From: Promethearchaeota archaeon
Lineage (GTDB): Archaea; Asgardarchaeota; Lokiarchaeia; Sigyniarchaeales; SOKP01
NCBI GenBank assembly: GCA_016839585.1
Contig: JAEOTZ010000073.1
Location: 1 to 63,713 of the forward strand
Direction: 5' to 3'
Length of the DNA: 63,713 nt
Within the stretch, counting starts at the first letter, position 1. The number at the start of each line of letters is the position of its first letter. The notes beneath the pieces are model-generated. The model had not been told where the DNA came from. It did not search any database and saw only the letters and a program-made list of their open reading frames with translations. Of this stretch, positions 61,322-63,713 are shown piece after piece. The translations under genes and the position numbers were made by a program.

Positions 61322-62530
61322 TCAGATAGAGTTAATATCAAGATTTTTCTTTTTTAATCGGTAATTGTGTATTTTAGTTTCACTATACCACCATAAAACA
61401 CCGAGTGGAATGGATATCACCCAATTAATTAAAACATAAACAAAAACTACATTAAGTTCATATGGTGGTGAATCAATGCCTATAATACTTGCCCCATAAT
61501 GATCTCCCCATATACTAATAATAATTGCAAAATATAAAATCTGTGTTAATAAAATATGATATGTTGATTTGCCGATCATTGTAATTCCTCTTATGAATTT
61601 ATTATCCCGCTTTTTAGGGAGTAATTTGATTCCCACTAAGAATAAAAATGCTGAATAGGGGAATACGAATAAATGGTAATCACCAAGTATGAAGTTAAAA
61701 TAAAAATCAAAGAATTGATATAGTATTAGATAAAATAGACTTAAAGGAAATAAAATCCATAATAATATGTTTTGCTTAGCAAAGATATCATGATTTCTTG
61801 AAATCCACATTCCTAATCCAATAGCAGATAACATGAAAAATGGTGTAGTTACAATAAATCTGTAATAAAAAAGAAAATCATACAAAGCAGTAAAATCATA
61901 CCAAGCAATATTATACGGGTCAAAAATGAAAAGGATTACTAATTGAAGTGATAATTCTACAACATAACACAGGATTAATGTAATAATTCTCCATCTCAAT
62001 TTCCCTGAAAATCCTTTATATAAAAGGGGCATGATTAAAATAGACCAGAAAATAACAGGTAAAAACCAATTTCCTGGACCGTAGAAAGGTAGGATACCAA
62101 TGAAAAGATGCTCAAAACTCCATGAGCGTTGATATTGGTTAAGAGCATCAGGATCAAAACCATTAATAGCCAATCCTATTAATGTTGATACAAAGTATAA
62201 TAGAAGGAATGGAAAAATATATCGCCAAAATTTTCGTTTGAAGTAATTCCATGAATATAACTTTCTTAAAGATCTTTCACCATTTCTATCAAATGAAAAC
62301 CCCATATTAAAACCCATGATAACTAAAAAAACTGGAATTGAAATTCGCTCCCATAAAGCAACTCCCATGTTATTTTTTAACGGGTCCCAAGGAAATGTAT
62401 GATCAAAAATAACTAAAAATATCATTATTGCCTTTATTATATCAACTTGAATAAAATGGCTATCCTTTGGATATAAATTATTTTGTTCTTTAATCGTTAA
62501 TTTATTCTCATTTATGATATAAATCCCCAA
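61322..62530 (-). CDS. Acyltransferase-3 family membrane O-acyltransferase
   Basis: D.IK...IFLVIFDH, PVF...MGF, WFL, GK.TYHI.L. Confidence 0.85.
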   Translation of the reverse strand: MGIYIINENKLTIKEQNNLYPKDSHFIQVDIIKAIMIFLVIFDHTFPWDPLKNNMGVALWERISIPVFLVIMGFNMGFSFDRNGERSLRKLYSWNYFKRKFWRYIFPFLLLYFVSTLIGLAINGFDPDALNQYQRSWSFEHLFIGILPFYGPGNWFLPVIFWSILIMPLLYKGFSGKLRWRIITLILCYVVELSLQLVILFIFDPYNIAWYDFTALYDFLFYYRFIVTTPFFMLSAIGLGMWISRNHDIFAKQNILLWILFPLSLFYLILYQFFDFYFNFILGDYHLFVFPYSAFLFLVGIKLLPKKRDNKFIRGITMIGKSTYHILLTQILYFAIIISIWGDHYGASIIGIDSPPYELNVVFVYVLINWVISIPLGVLWWYSETKIHNYRLKKKNLDINSI

Positions 62531-62649
62531 TTTCTAATAGAATTAATATGGTATCAATAAGTTTATAAATTATCTTTAAACTTTTAGGTATTAATAGCTT
62601 TTTGACTAAAAATTAAAAATAATAGAAAAATAAGAAATTTAGAGAAATT

Positions 62650-63132
62650 TTATTCAGAAATTATCTCGAATACCATTTTCTCGATGATTGGTTTTTTTGT
62701 ATAACGTTTATCATAATACCATCCAACGAGGTGTGGCTTTTGTTCTTTTTCAGGTATAGCGGGTATTACAATAATCATTACTCCATTACTGAGATATTTT
62801 AAAATTCTTTTATCAATTGCATGTAATTTATCATTCCCAGATGGGTGTGAATGCCATTGCCAAACAATATCAACTTCGAGTTCTTGTTTAAATTTCCGCA
62901 TATTATAAATTTTGGATTTTTTATAACGCATCCAGCTCCTTGGCTTCATATGAACTTTTGATTTTCTTAGATCGGGATTCATAATAAATTTTGTGCAAAT
63001 TCCAAAATTTTCTTTACGTTCTGCAAATAACCAACCATGTATGAGATTTGGTAATTCTGCTGCTGCTTTTTGGGTAATCTCTTGAAATAAACTTTCTGGT
63101 ATTAAATAGCGAAAATCTTTTACTCCACTCAT
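62650..63132 (-). CDS. JAB/MPN domain protein
   Basis: WHSHP...D motif. Confidence 0.7.
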   Translation of the reverse strand: MSGVKDFRYLIPESLFQEITQKAAAELPNLIHGWLFAERKENFGICTKFIMNPDLRKSKVHMKPRSWMRYKKSKIYNMRKFKQELEVDIVWQWHSHPSGNDKLHAIDKRILKYLSNGVMIIVIPAIPEKEQKPHLVGWYYDKRYTKKPIIEKMVFEIISE

Positions 63133-63284
63133 TTTATCACCATCTCAATTATGGGTCAATGAAGAATAGAATTTATATTTTTCTTTAAATACAAGAAGAA
63201 TATAAAAATAAAATAGAAAAAACAAAAAAAAATTTATTTTATTGAATACTCTATTTTAATACAAAAAATTTAATTCGTAATATG

Positions 63285-63386
63285 GCACCTGTAGCCTAGT
63301 TGGTAAGACGCCGGCCTTGAGTATTCAAAGCAACCAAGCAAGCCGGTGCGCGTAAGCGCTCGGGGGTTCGAGTCCCTCCAGGTGCG
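63285..63386 (+). tRNA. tRNA-Ser(TGA) with a canonical 37/38 intron (63322-63340, 19 nt)
   Basis: GCACCTG/CAGGTGC; CCGGC-CTTGAG|A-GCCGG; central helix CTTG/CAAG; long variable arm. Confidence 0.93.
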
Positions 63387-63406
63387 CTCTTAATAATAAA
63401 AATCAT

Positions 63407-63480
63407 GGGCTATTGGCGCAGACAGGTAGCGCAGCAGGCTCTTAACCTGACGGTCGGGGGTTCAAATCCCTCATAGCCCG
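63407..63480 (+). tRNA. tRNA-Lys(CTT)
   Basis: GGGCTAT/ATAGCCC; D stem GCGC; loop CTCTTAA. Confidence 0.95.
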
Positions 63481-63519
63481 TTTCTCCTTAAAAAATTCAT
63501 AATAAATAGTTAAGATATA

Positions 63520-63713
63520 TTATAAGAATTGAAAAACAACTTCAAAATCAGAAAAATCGAATGGTTTTAGAATATAACCATCTGCATTTCCTATATTTTT
63601 CTCTACTTCCGATCCAGGGATAGCTGTTAAGAAATAAACCGGGATATCTTTAAACTTTTTATCTTTTTTAATCATATCACAAATTTTATAGCCAGAAATA
63701 TCAGGTAAAATTA
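63520..63713 (-). CDS. CheY-like response regulator receiver (3' part)
   Basis: Manual translation ILPDISGYKIC...IPVYFLTA...ADGYILKPF. Confidence 0.88.
   Translation of the reverse strand, partial: ILPDISGYKICDMIKKDKKFKDIPVYFLTAIPGSEVEKNIGNADGYILKPFDFSDFEVVFQFL

Noticed and set aside
61186-63284. tRNA-flanked segment as an integrated element
   Set aside because: No integrase, no duplicated tRNA end (att site), no evident composition shift.
1-63713. CRISPR arrays, IS elements, rRNA
   Set aside because: No regularly spaced repeats, transposase ORFs or long GC-rich RNA genes were seen.

Overview
Very AT-rich archaeal chromosomal window, most likely from a Lokiarchaeia (Asgard archaea). It combines archaeal core genes (rpoK, Hef, SRP54, aIF5A, FEN1, CDC48, exosome/proteasome cluster, KEOPS subunits) with eukaryotic-signature proteins (Rab-like GTPase, roadblock, profilin-like). 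It holds about 68 protein genes and 5 tRNAs, three of which carry bulge-helix-bulge (BHB) introns. No CRISPR array, rRNA or transposase was seen. The main finding is a phosphofructokinase gene (42325-43540, minus strand) interrupted by two short insertions of 31 and 30 nt. Both sit at the same CGGYGGAG|AC site inside the two GG-D catalytic motifs. Each folds with its flanks into a BHB motif whose predicted cut sites exactly restore a 384-aa enzyme, pointing to tRNA-type introns in an mRNA. Secondary findings include two genes that seem to lack a canonical start codon (possible ATT/ATC initiation), a catalytically degenerate DapA-barrel/kinase fusion, an orphan nucleotidyltransferase and an inversion inside the exosome superoperon.
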